A program made the position numbers and the translations under genes. Of a stretch of DNA of 64,000 bases, positions 43,181 to 57,800 are shown piece after piece (within the stretch, counting starts at the first letter, position 1; each line of letters starts with the position of its first letter). The notes beneath the pieces were generated by a model that was given only the letters and a program-made list of their open reading frames with translations, did not search any database and was not told the origin of the DNA. The DNA is from Octopus vulgaris (Eukaryota): NCBI GenBank assembly GCA_951406725.2, contig OX597833.1, positions 37,882,001 through 37,946,000 of the forward strand. Direction: 5' to 3'.

Positions 43181-43660
43181 TACAGCTAAAAGATCTAACA
43201 CTAAATACCTAATCATTAAGATTCAATGCAATCAGGATATGTTTCCTTTTCTTTCTTTCTGTATCCCTAATTTAATGGTTCAATCTTCTTACTGAGTTAA
43301 ATCCCAAATATGCTGACGCATTCAGAGAAGCCAACTAAACCAAGTAAGCGTTTAACTTAATTCCTTTCTTTTCTTCTAATGCTTTTCCCTACTACGAAAC
43401 ACTTCAATAAAATGCATTGGTGAAACCTGCCCTGGTATAGTTAAGTTAACCAACCTTTTGATTTCTTTGACTGTTTTTATCTTTGTTTATCGTAAATTTG
43501 TTTTTGATTTTATTTCGTTTCAGCTAAAACTAGAAGAAGCAGAAGGAGGAGGAGGGGGGAGGGAAAGAAGAAGAAGAAGAAGAAGAAGAAGAAGAAGAAG
43601 AAGAAGAAGAAGAAGAAGAAGAAGAAGAAGAAGAAGAAGAAGAAGAAGAAGAAGAAGAAG

Positions 43661-43691
<31 letters not shown>

Positions 43692-44177
43692 CACCATCTT
43701 TGAGAGTAACATTTTTCTCAGAGCACCACATGTAAAGTTCCATTAGTGCCTGTAGCTGCACCATTTAAGTAATGTTACATAGAACCGACTTAAGTAATCT
43801 CAGACTTAACCAACAGATTAACATTAGATTGCAATGTAGAAAAGTGATTAAATAAATAAAATACTTCAAATCTGAGCATAATTACAAAGAAGTAAAAAGA
43901 GAGAGAGAGAGAGAGAGAAAGGAAAAACTGCCTGACTCTAATAACCTATATCTATTTTAGCTAATCAATTATTTATAACTAAACTGATCTGGTATTTCAT
44001 AAATACAATGATATTATATTTATTACATAATTGATAATTAGCTGGTGTGTATTTGTGCAGAAAATGTGCAGCCAAGTATTAGAGCATACAATACTAAAAC
44101 CATTTTTGTATGAAATGTCTAAATTGGATATATGTATGAATGAATGAATAGATGGATGGATGGACAGAGAGACAGAC

Positions 44178-44226
<49 letters not shown>

Positions 44227-44420
44227 TACATACATACATACAGCAGTCATGAGGTTCATGAGATTGAATGATTACTGGATCGTATACAGTACACCTCACA
44301 TATACATATGTGTGTGTGTGTGTATTATATATACACATACACACACCATAATACACACACATACACATATATACACATAAATACATATTGACGATAACAA
44401 TGTTTTATATATATATATAT

Positions 44421-44467
<47 letters not shown>

Positions 44468-45748
44468 CACACACAAACATACATATATATACACACAGGG
44501 GTTGGACAAAATAATGGAAATACCTAGCATCATAATTTTGAAATATCTATAAAACCGTCAAAAGCTTGTTGATTTTTAGGTTTTTTGATTTATTATTAGT
44601 GTTGCTTAATATCTTTTGCTAAAATTGCTGTTTCTTTACAGATATCATCAGAAAAAAGTAATTAAAATTCATTAAAATGAGAGATCTTTCAGACTTTCAA
44701 AAAGGTAAAATTGTTGGTGCTCGTATGGTAGGCGCTAGCGTAATGAAAACAGCCGAAATGTTTGGTGTTTCAAGAAGTGCTGTCTCGAAAGTAATGACAG
44801 CCTTTGAGAAAGAGGGAAAAACCTCCTTGACAAAACAAAACTCCGGAAGAAAACCAAAACTTTCAGATAGGGATGTTCGGACTCTTATGCAAATTGTTAA
44901 AAAGGATCACAAAAGTACAGCTTTAAAAATTACTGCAGAGCTTAATGACCACCTTGAGAACCCAGTTTCCACAAAAACTGTTTGTCAGGAGCTGCACAAA
45001 GCCAGATTTCACTGGAGGGCTGCAATCAGAAAACTACTACTTTCAAAGACAAATGTCGCAAAGCATTTAGAGTGGAGTAAAAATCTACAGAATTGATCCC
45101 TAGTGCAGTGGAAGAATGTTATTTTCTTGGATGAGTCATCTTTTATCTTATTTCTGATCACCAGCCAAGTATACATGTAAAGACAGCCAAAAGAAGCATT
45201 TGACCCAGACTGCCTTCTTCCAACTGTTAAGTATGGAGGAGGATCTGTGATGATCGGTGTCTATATCTTGGAAATCCGCCAGCCCAATGGTTTCCCTTCA
45301 TGGCAGAATCAATAGTCAAGACTACTTAAGCATTTTATCTGATCAAATTCATCCTATGGTTGCGGAACTGTTTCCAGAGGGAAGCGTAATCTTTCAAGAT
45401 GATAATGAACCAATTCACACAGTTAAAGTTGTTACTGAATGGCACTATGAACATTCTAGTAAAGTTGAACATCTTATCTGGCCACCACAGTTCCCAGATC
45501 TCAATATTATTGAACATTTATGGTGCATTTTAGAAAAACAAGTAAGGAGTAGATATTCTCCACCATCATCACTACAAGAACTGTTTTAGCTGAAGAATGG
45601 ATAAAAATTCCTTTGGAAACAATTCAAACTTTGTACGAGTCCATACTTCATAGAGTTCAAGCTGTAATTACTGCCAAAGGCGGTCCTACCCCATATTAAA
45701 ATAAACTTGTTTGAAATTTTAAGGTGTTTCCATAACTTTGTCCAACCC

Positions 45749-45800
<52 letters not shown>

Positions 45801-48307
45801 ACGATACACACACACACAAAAACACACACACACACACACAAACACACACAACAGGCCTCTTTCCATTTTCATCTACCAAATCTACTGACAAGGCCCAGAG
45901 CTATAGTAGAAGACACTTGCCCAAGGTGCTATGCTGTGGCACTGAACTAAAAGCCATGTGGTTGGGAAACAAACTTTTTAACTACACAGCCATGTCTATG
46001 TCTACATATTACATCTATATGTATGTGTGTGTATGTGCTTACAAATGCACAAAGTGGTGGTAAGGAGAGGGTCCTGGGACAGGGGGCTTGAATCAGAGAA
46101 TTGGTGTTTGTCACTTGTGCTTCTTTCATTCTTTTCATATTTTTTCTCTTTTTTGTTACTTATATGCATACCAGAACGATAGTGAGTCTCTTCATCTGGC
46201 GCAAATTTGGAGCTACATATTTTGAGATAACCTTCAAGGACAAGAACCACAACACAATTAATTAGAAAAAAATAAGCTCTCAGATAATCATGAATTTAGA
46301 GTAATGTTATAAACATTATTTTGAAAGTAAATTTCCCAAAAAAATTTCACACTTTATCATTTTTTTCTATTCTATTCTAGTGTGTTCATGATTCTATTTT
46401 GAAGGTGAATAGCTAAAACCAGAAAGTTTAAGCATTTCTGATATTGTGAAATTAATTTGACATTTTATTGAGGTTTGCTGGCCTTTTTTTAAGTGGATTG
46501 AAGATGTCAAATTTTTTTTTTAAAATACCTTAAGTTGAATTTACAATTTTATGTCTGTTTTTATTGTCTTATTTTATTTTATTTACTTTTTTTTTGTCTC
46601 TTGTTTAAATCACTGATATAGTGATATAGTATTGTGGTGCCTGTGTCATGAGGATGGAATGAAATGATATAGTTCTCTGATCTTATTCCATTTCTATCGT
46701 TCACCTGCAATTCATTAGAATATTTCTTCTTTTTATTCATATTTTTATTAAAAAAAGGTTCCCTATTTCTATTTCATTTGAGGTGTGCATTCTACATTGG
46801 CAGCATGGACTGGATGGTTTAATAGGATCTACCAAGTTGGAAGTGCTGTAGCATACTCCAACATCTACTTTGGCATGCTTTCTATGGTTGGATGTTCTTA
46901 ATGCCAACCAATTTACTTTCCTGACATAAAATTTCCAAATATCTTGGAGTAAGAATTCCCATCATTCTTTCTTATTGATATATTTTCAACCATGACATAA
47001 GAATGACACTTATTTTCAGAGAGACTCAATCACAACAAAACATTTATAACAACATCAAAACTCATTATCCTCAATCTATCAACTACATACTTTGATGTCA
47101 CAGCTATTTGACAATTTTAAAAAATTGCTTGATCTGAGGAAGAGCCAGAACTTGTCACTTTTACAGTTTCTCCAAGGCTAGTGACATTGAGATGGTTCGT
47201 GACCCCCACTTGAACAGCTGCCAGATGAGAGCTGGAGGAAAACACTGGAATAGAAGTAATTCCAGAGAACTCTGATGTTTTAAATAAGAAAGAATGCTCT
47301 GTTATTCTTCTGTGAATTTAAGTTTGTTTCCTTTTGGTATATTTACGAAAAGGATACAAACCAATATAAGCTATTAGAATACTGACAATATTTCACTGCT
47401 TGTCAGACACTTTTAAACATCTAAGAGCACTTCACTTAAGAAAATGATAGATAATTGACCAATGTGGATCTTTGTGACAAAAAGAACTGCACCAGAGACA
47501 GTTCCCTTTCCATTACAGACTCAATCATTCATGTGAGAAGTGGTAGCTCTTTGTGGACCACTTATCTGACACTAAAGAGGAAATCTAGACAGCAACCCAT
47601 TAACTTGGCAAACATGTGGAAGAATGTAGATGTCTATCACAAGCATCAAACAAATCAATATTCAGGAAGCTAGCATCCAGATTTTCTTTGTAGATTTGGA
47701 AACATCCAAAGATTTCCAGTGCAACAGACACATACACACATGTCTGTTCCATTTACATCACAGTAGGCTGAGATGTTGTTTACACATTTTACATAATATA
47801 ATTGAAACTGTTTTACACTCTATAACTGAAGCTTGTTTATATATATATATTTACAATATATAACTGGAGTAGACAGAACTTAATCCATTCTTGATTTCAC
47901 ATTGTTCTGCAAAATACATATATAACAACTGCAAAGCAGTATTCCATCACAAACTTCACTACATGTCACTGGAACAATAAGCAAATACAATGTTATTCAC
48001 CAAGTAAAGTTATTGCAGCAGCACTGTTCAAGAATTAAACACTGATAGAGCACAGTGTTTACTGATGAATGACTGGTACTTGACACAATGCCGAAACATT
48101 CATAAACAGGTTTTATACACACACACACACAATACACACATATATATATATATATATATATGTGTATGTGCATCTCCTTTGCCTAACCCATTACAACATG
48201 GAGGCTGGACACTGGAAGATGATACGCACATACACACACATTAGTGTCTTAACTGCATATATACATACACATACATACACGTGTGTGTGTGTATATTTAT
48301 ATGTATG

Positions 48308-48361
<54 letters not shown>

Positions 48362-51300
48362 AACACATCATCAACATCATTTAATGTTAGATTTTGGAGG
48401 AGGAGAAGAGGGTGTTATGCATGCCATACAATCATGTAGCATTACCATTGAAATGTTCAGATATCTCTTCAAGTCCCACATGTGAAGGGTAAACAAGCTG
48501 GGAGCACGTAGTCACGAATCTGCAAGTAGGCGACTCAAGACCAATGTATTATTGACAGAACAGCACCATGCTTTTGTGAGGTGACAAGCAACTAAGCAAC
48601 TCCTTCTAGGGTGGCACTGCTCACTCAGAAATCTGGGAAGGGTCCAGAAAAGATAACCCAAACAAATGCATGTTTGACCATCAAGCTGGTCAGCAACCTC
48701 CAGCTGATGATTGTTCACTAAAGTAGAGAAAACATGCAAGTAAGAAATACAGATGAAGAGTGAGAACGTGGAATATCAGGACACTTCTCCATCATGGAAG
48801 GATGAGTAACCCTGAGCAACGAACTGATGGCAACAGAGTTGGCTTGGTACAATATTGACACAGAAAAGAACTCCTATTATGGATGTCTAGAGGTAACAAC
48901 AGTCAGAAGCTTAATCTCTGCAAAGCATTTTATATTCCATCCATACCATATAACAAGGAAGGAAATATCTGCTGAAGATAGAATAGTCTGGTACTATACA
49001 GATAGTGTATTCTCATTCAACAAGAAATGCAGCATACACACATCTATTCTGAGAACAGCTGTAACAGATTATCTACACACCTTACTCCCTTGTTTCTATG
49101 ACACACTCTATTCTAACAACCCTATTGTAACAACTCCACAAGTATGCTTAAATATAAATATTCTGTGCACTAAACACACACATCTGTGACATGCCAGATG
49201 ATAGCATTACCAATTACCCTGAGGCAGTTCTGCAATTCAATCAGTTAAATTAATACTTATAGTCATAATGACAAGATTGTGGTTTCAATTCCTGGCCCAG
49301 GTGATGTGTCGCGTTCTTGAACAAAACAACTTCATTTCACATTGCCAAACCACTCAGCTGGCAAAAATGAATAATCCTGTGACAGACCAGCATCCTGTTC
49401 AGGGGATGAGTGTGGAATATATGCACTCGGGAATCCAAGAGACAGGCTTTATGAGTCTATGGCTCAGGAAGAATTTTTGACCATTTTCATATATATATAT
49501 ATATATATATATATGTAGCATATTATTCAAGGTGAAAGATGAAATAATTCCATTGATATGCAGACAGCATTGTAGGTAAAGAAAAGGAGATTCTCATGAA
49601 ATGATGGTGTATGCATGTATGAGTGTATGGGGTTGTGTATGCATGTATGTGTATTATCATTAAAATGCTTATCTGTAGATAAGTGTACATTTAAATACTA
49701 ATATTTGAAAATAGTTATCTGTGTAGACCATATACATGTATATAAACATAGTCACTAAAACCATTTTCTGAGTAGTTGCATACTGGTATAGAAATGGGTG
49801 GGGAGAAACAATTTTTAAAAATGTAGGGGAAAGAATATGGAATAAGATTTCTCCAAGTTTTCTGTCTCTTTCTGAAATAAAAATTCAATGAAACATGGAT
49901 ATAAGTCACAATATCATTCAAATATGATTAGACTCGGCAGCTAGAAAAACCAATAGAAAGAAAACTTTTAAAAAAGAACAAACACACACACACAAAAAAA
50001 TAAAAACAGTATTTTTGACATGTTATACCTGTTCATTCCTCTCACTTACCATGACCTTCAGAACAACATAGACTATAAATTAATTCATTTAGCATCAACA
50101 TCAATAAATTTAACAGCAAACATTCAACAAAGAAAAATATAGAAAGAATAAGATTATGTTTTACATATCCAGTAATAAATTTTCTTTTCTTTAAATGTGG
50201 AAAGTTTAGTTGAGTTATCACACCATAACAGTTACATCAACAGTATTCTAAATCCATTTCAGCCAATTTTACAGATTGATTTTGTACAGTTTGGGAGAGC
50301 CAGTCTTGGAACTCATCAAAAGCACAAGTATGAAAAATAGGGTAACAGCACTTTGTCACTGGTGACCAGAAAGTGTCACATAGGCATAGGAGTGGCCGTG
50401 TGGTAAGTAGCTTGCTTAACAACCACATGGTTCCGGGTTCAGTCTCACTGCGTAGCACCTTGGGCAAGTGTCTTCTACTATAGCCTCGGGCCGACCAAAG
50501 CCTTGTGAGTGGATTTGGTAGATGGAGACTGAAAGAAGCCCATCTTATATGTGAATGTATATGTGTGTGTGTATGTTTGTGTGCCTGTGTTTGTCCCCCC
50601 AACATCGCTCGACAACCAATGCTGATGTGTTCACGTCCCCGTAACTTAGCGGTTCAGCAAAAGAGACTGATAGAATAAGTACTAGGCCTACAAAGAATAA
50701 GTCCTGGGGTCGATTTGCCCAACTAAAAGGCGGTGCTCCAGCATGGCCACAGTCAAATGACTGAAACAAGTAAAATAGTAAAGAGTAAAGAGAGAGTGAA
50801 TGTTCTCTCATGAGTACAGATATAAACTTGGACACCAGTGGATTGCATCACGAATATGTGTTAGAGCTTCCACCACCACATTCTGAGGGTTTAGAATAAG
50901 GTTTGCCACACCCAACTTATTACATACCAACACATACACACATATGCATACATGTACATGTCCACACATGATTTTAAGATTGACCATTACCTCATCCCCA
51001 CTTCCTCTTCCCACATATATTAAACCCCACCTCACCTGCACCCCAACCTCACTCTACAGGCATTTACCTCATACATGGTGATGACACAGCCTGATTCCTA
51101 ACCAAGGGGCATATCCCTAACGAACAACAAAAATTTCTCACCAGGTTTTTCCCACTAATTTTTCATATGCATAGGAGTGGTAAGTAGCTTGCTTATGAAC
51201 CACATGGTTCCGGGTTCAGTCCCACTGCATGACACCTTGGGCAAGTGTCTTCTACTATAGCCTTGGGCCAACCAAAGCCTTGTGAGTGGATTTGGTAAAC

Positions 51301-51823
51301 GGAAACTGAAAGAAGGCCTTCGTATATATGTATTATATATATATATGTGTGTGTGTGTGTTGTATGTTTGTGTGTCTGTGTTTGTCCCCCCAACATCACT
51401 TGACAACCGATGGTGGTGTGCATATGTACCCACAGCTTAGCGGTTCGGCAAAAGAGACCGATAGAATAAGTACTAGGCTTACAAAAAATAAGTCCTGGTC
51501 TTGATTTGCTCAACTAAAGGCGGTGCCCCAGCATGGCCACAGTCAAATGACTGAAACAAGTAAAAAAAGTATTCCAGTTTTTAACAACACTCAGACCAGA
51601 TATGACGCTTTCTGGTCTCCAATTGCAAAGAGCTATAGCCATATATTTCTTACCAGCCATTTTTATGTGTGCCAAGATTGGTTTCCCCAAACTCTCATAT
51701 ATGAAACCAAATGGTAAAAATCAATGAAATGGATGTATAATACTGTATGGTATAAATACCTATGCACACTCTATTGACAAATATACAAGTGCTGTTTCTT
51801 CTATCTCATTGGTTCTTAGACAA

Positions 51824-51857
<34 letters not shown>

Positions 51858-54800
51858 GTGTATATATATATAATTTACTGCTATAAAAAGTAATAGTGGA
51901 ATATTGTGGAATAGATGTGTGATTCTTTGGATATTTGTGTCCAATCCAATTCCTGTACAAACTTACCTGTGATAGAACCAATATTCTATTCAGGGAGAAA
52001 TTTTCTCATCTACAAAACCCTATAGAAAGTGGAGACTAACACTGACACCATGGATCTTTGTCATTCAGGAAAGGATTAGAAGTGAGATGATATATAAAAA
52101 AAGGAACAGGAATAAGTGTGACAGAGAAGGCCAGGAAATAAAAAAGAGAGAGAGAGATGGAAGAAGAATTACAAAAAATGGGTTAAATGCTAATATATAA
52201 CTCAAGAGCAGAATTTCTCATAGAGGTGAGAGGGACCATGGAAACTGAAAAAGGGAGGACAAATTTCCATGTTTAACAAAATTAGATAATTTCAAATTTT
52301 ATAAGTTGTCCAACACCAGGGCAAAGAATTAAGAATTATATAATTCTTTCATTGCCATGCTGCTGGACAAGTTATACCAGAATGAAAAATGCAGGTGCAG
52401 AAACCTTGAATATTCTTAAGTATTAAACCTGGGAAAGTACAGGACAAGAAGAGGGAAAAAAACTTAAAATATTGCTGCTGAAGTTGGAATTTAAAAACTA
52501 AAATAGTAATACATGCCTTTTTATATTTAATACTTTTACATAAAAGTTTTAAATAAAATACTCAAGGAGTTATTTATTTTCAATTTTAGTGAAAAAAAAA
52601 CAAAAACTAATTGCCAGCAAGTTTGCACAATAAAAATTTGATATTAGAAATTTATATATTTAAAAAATCACATAATAACAATTATAACCCCTTAGTTTAA
52701 AAAATCACATGATAACAATTATAACCCATAAGTTGTTTTTTTTTAAAGCTAGGGAGTCATTTCTACATTTTGAACTCAATTTGTTCAATAGCTTTCATTT
52801 TTTAGAATACCTTTCTAGCTGTAAATAGAAAATACTTTCTTATCTGATAATGCAAACTTTGAAGTAATTAATTATTATGTTTCTTTAAAAGAATTTTTTT
52901 ACTATTTTTTACTCTTTTGAATTACATTTATTCTGTATGAATTTCATTTTATAACACAATATCTATGATTTAAAATTTTTGGATAATGAATTTTGTTAAG
53001 GGAATAAAATTTAAAAAATAATATAATACTAAAAATAAGACAAATGTTTTAGCTTAAGACAAAGAACACAGAACAGCTGTGAAAACAGCTTAGGTGATTG
53101 GCTAGATACCCTTAGAAAATGGTAAAAAAAGTGGCTAGCAAGTCACTACAGGGTATCAAATCCCATACCTCTCAAACTCTGGTTAAGTGCTTTGCACCAC
53201 AAAGCTAAGCAGCCTATAACATCTTTTATAATTTTAAATATCTTAAAATGGTAAAAACATTTTGATTTGTTAAAATGACCACTGTTTTTGCGTCACTTAA
53301 AGCCACACCACTTTTTTTGTAGCTAATATTTTTTGATGAGGTTTTCACCATAAGATTCATCTCATAGAGATGAATCTTATGTATAGTTTTCTATTACAAT
53401 AGAACTATTGTACAGTTTTCTTTTACAATAGTTGAAACATTTTGATTCAAAGTCAATTTTGGGGGTTACCATTTTTTTTCATCACTTAAAGTCATACTTT
53501 TCACATAGCTAATATTTTTAAACAAAATTTCTCACCAAAGTATTGTTTTAAATAAGCACATTCTTTTAATCCCCATTAATCTATATTTTTCTTTTAAAAT
53601 AACTGAGATATTTTGATTCAAAGTCAATTTTTCACCATACTCTCACATATCTTGACCTAACTTTTTTCTAATGAACCAAATTTCAATTATTTTATCTCAA
53701 AAATGTAGCTGAAGACTGGACCATTATTGTTAAAAAAACTGCATTCAATTTGGTTGAGAACTGAATCAGTGATGAAGCCTAGAAGTACTCATGAGCAACT
53801 AAAAGTTGACCTTAATATATTCATCCACTGCCATGAGTGAACAATAAGTTCGGCTTCAAACTCTGTTTTGCCTTCTTGTTGATAAATGGGAAAGGGTAAA
53901 AAAATATCATTACTTTAGGCATTTTTTGAGGAGTGATGGCTAGCATTAGTCAGTTTGAGAACCACTGCTTTAGAGAACAATTAGAGAGTCAAATTTGAAG
54001 ATTATAATAGAAAGCAACTTCTATAGGAAAGATAAAAGACTAGTAAGTGAAGAATAAAGGGGAAAAAAGATAGAAAATTGCATTAAGGGTCAAAAATGGA
54101 AAGGAAATAAAGAAAGAATAAAGAGTCAGATATTAGGAGTATAGAAAGTGGGGTATTATATAAGAGATCAATAAAGGATCAAATGACAAATGACTGTTCT
54201 AACAGGCAAAGGTTGTTAAATGAATGAAGCTGGCTAAACCAACCAGACAAAAGGATGTGGACAATTTTGTAATTCAAGTCAGGCAGAAAAATATTGAAGA
54301 TGGTCTGTTACAACAGCAGCAGTAACAATAATAATGTAACTATTAACAGACGTGTGCGACCTCTCTCAGATAGAGATAGTTTTATATAAAATTTCTAAAG
54401 AAGCACATACAAAAAAAAAATTAATAATATTGGAGTTTGTGAATATTAGCTAATCAACATTTTATGTTGCCATGACAAAGGAAAAAACCCTAAAGGACAA
54501 AATATATATATATATGTAAGTATATATGTATGAGAGATTTCTTACCAATAGAGAAAGAGACAGTTTCTAACCTAAATCCAAGGTTCCTTGGGATTTCAAC
54601 ATCAACAGGGGTGTATGTATGTATATGTGCAGTATTTGGAATTAGTGCATGTGCAGATTTGTATGTTTTGTTTTATGTATTTTCATGCATATAGTTGCAT
54701 GTCTAGACATTCGCACATATACTTAAATAATATGTATGTGCTTCATATAGTGAACCTTGTAGTGACAGGGTGAAGTCTTAGCTTCACATTCATGTATAGT

Positions 54801-57800
54801 CAAATAAGAGAACTAAGAAACAACCACTTCAAGTCTTCAGTATCACTACATGGTAAGTATCCACAAACATCACTCCTCGCTCCGATACACAAACACACAC
54901 ACGTATATAATTTTCCCTAAATCTCTTTATCTTCAATACTTGACACTAACTCCTCTTCTCAGTTTACAGAAAGAAGAAGTAAGAAAGAGAAAGTAAAGAA
55001 GGAAGGAAGGAATGGCATTTATTATCCAATATTATTTACCTTTGATTGTTTTCTTTTCACAAGCAGCACAACCATCAGAAATCATGTGGAAATCATTCTT
55101 GTCAATCACACTCTGCAGACATCTGTTGATGATTTTGGGGAAACCCTGCTGAGAGAGCATCATGTACTTCTCTCGAACGGTAAGCGCCTTGACTAAGCTC
55201 TTGGAAGCTTCTTCGAGGTCTTTCAGTGGGATCTAACATGAGAAACAGAAAAAAGGAAACACAGTGAAATTCAAATCATTAAATGCTAAATTGATTTAAA
55301 ACATAATGATTTCTCACATTGGTACAAGGAATTGCACATATTTATAAACTGCAGATCTATCTAATTGGTTACTCAAACTGCTGTTAGAAATAACAGAATA
55401 CCATTGTATATAAAAAATAGGAAGGTCGTCGTTGTCGTCGTCATCAGCAGCAGCAACATTTAATATCTGTCTTCCATGCTGGCATGGGTTAGATGGTTTG
55501 ACAGGAGCTGGTAAGCTAGAAGACTGCACCGAACTGTAATTCTTAGATATGTGATGGGTGAAAGAAAATCATGGCTAGAATGCCTTTGATCATGTGTCTG
55601 TGCTACCTGGGATGCCTGATGTCTGGGGTTAAACAAGGGCAACCTCTAGAATTTGCAAGATCTCTGCAAACAGAATCTGGCTTCAAATTCTAGTTGTAAC
55701 AGGTTCTCTTTTTTTGTTGAAATACCATTTTGTATGGAATGGTTGCACATTGTATAGATAATAACAATGCATTGCATGAAATGATCCCACAGTATATGAA
55801 ATGGTCAAACATTATATGAACTAACATCATCATCATTGTCATCATTATCATCATCATCATCACCATTTATTAAATTTTCATAGTTCTTTGCTTTCTGTGA
55901 AATAACTAACATTTGTATAAAATGACCACACATTATATGAAATATTTTAAAAGTTGAAACCATAAAAATACGTAAGTGATGCAGTATGACCCCAATTTAC
56001 TATAGCTGGAAGGATGAAGAGTGATATTGATATTATCAGCAATCAATGGTTGAAGGTTAAAAAAAAAGGTGAAAGTTAAGAAAAAATTATTTCTGATACC
56101 ATTAGCAACTTTGATAAAATCAACCAAGTGCCCACTCAACACCAATAAATGTCACCCTGACATTTATTGCTGCTTTTCAGAAATCATCATAGGAAATAAT
56201 TACACATTGTACCAACTTGCTACACAGTGCATGAAATGGCTACAGAAAATGAAATCACAGTGTATGAAATTATTACACATTGAAAATCTCCACAATTTGC
56301 TTGAAGTTTAACCCCCTAGCATTCCAAATTGTCCAGGAAAATCAAAATCGAGTTGTCCATTGCAACTGTCAAATCAGTGCTACTATATGGCAGTGAAACA
56401 TGGACACTGACAAAGAAATTATCAAACAGGCTACACGGCTGCTACATAAGGATGCTATAAGTGGCCCTAAATGTGAAATGGCAACAACATATGACAAACA
56501 AATGCCTTTATGGGAGACTTACTGAAAATTAGCAATAGGATCAGGCAAAGACAACTGTGATTATCTATCAGTGTGTGTGCCACCATGTACTGGAAGCATC
56601 TGAATTAGTCTTGTGGCACCCACTTTATGGTGATGTAAGAAGAGGAAAATGTTGCACACTTATATTAACAATTTGAGCACAGACACTGAATTGGAATGTA
56701 TCCAGGACTGTGAAGTAGTGATGTTGAACCGAGAAGTGTGGTAGGTGGACTTTGTTGCTGTGGCCCGGGTTGGAACCCAGCCATAGATAGATAGATCAGC
56801 ATTCAGATTACTGTCAAATGTAATATTTATTTTCTCACATTATTTTGAATTAATCATGCATTATAGGCGCAGGAGTGGCTGTGTGGTAAGCAGCTTGCTT
56901 ACCAACCACATGGTTCCGGGTTCGGTCCCACTGCGTGGCACCTTGAGCAAGTGTCTTCTATAGCCTCAGGCCGACCAAAGCCTTATGAGTGGATTTGGTA
57001 GATGGAAACTGAAAGAAGCCCGTCGTATATATGTATATATATGTGTGTGTGTGTGCATGTTTGTCCACCTAGCATTTGTTTGACAACTGATGCTGGTGTG
57101 TTTACGTCCCTGTCACTTAGCGGTTTGGCAAAAGAGACCAATAGAATAAGTACTGGGCTTGCAAAGAATAAGTCCCGGGGTCGATTTGCTCAACTAAAGG
57201 CGGTGCTCCAGCATGGCCACGGTCAAATGACTGAAACAAGTAAAGAGTAAGAGTACATCTTAACTTCAAGATTTCAATGATATAATTGTGTATTTACAGG
57301 ATAGGTGTGAGAGGCTGAATCTGGTTAGTTTGAACATAAAACAGGTAGGATATTTGGGCTGGATATGATTGGTTTAAATGCTAAAGCATTAAATGAAGAA
57401 GAATATTTCTTATCATTATAAACCGTGATAAGATCTATGAAGTGGCCATTCAACACCAATAAATGTCACAAATCCATTTTGTTTAACCCCTTTAGCATTT
57501 AAAATGGGCAAATCCAGCCCAAATATTTTGTACCTATTTCATGTTCAAACTGGTCAGATCCAGCTTCTCACACCTACCATAGAATGCCATTCTAAAAATA
57601 AGCAATCACATCATTGAAATCTTGAAGCAATGAGATAATGCACGATTAATCCAATACAATGTGAAAAATATGCATTACATTTGACAGGGTAATCTGAATG
57701 CTATAGGGTTAAAAACCTAAGTTTCATACATATGAACTGATTATAAAAAAGAATTCCAAATATAAGAATCTGTTGAGAATTAAGCTCTCAGTTGACTGGA

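Noticed and set aside
47115-47960. Non-repetitive, coding-like stretch with a phase-1 minus-strand acceptor near 47272
   Set aside because: The frame ends in TAA after about 50 codons, with no suitable donor and no recognisable homology; possibly a decayed TE
54541-54570. 21-nt phase 1-1 exon candidate with a GTAAGA donor
   Set aside because: No polypyrimidine tract upstream
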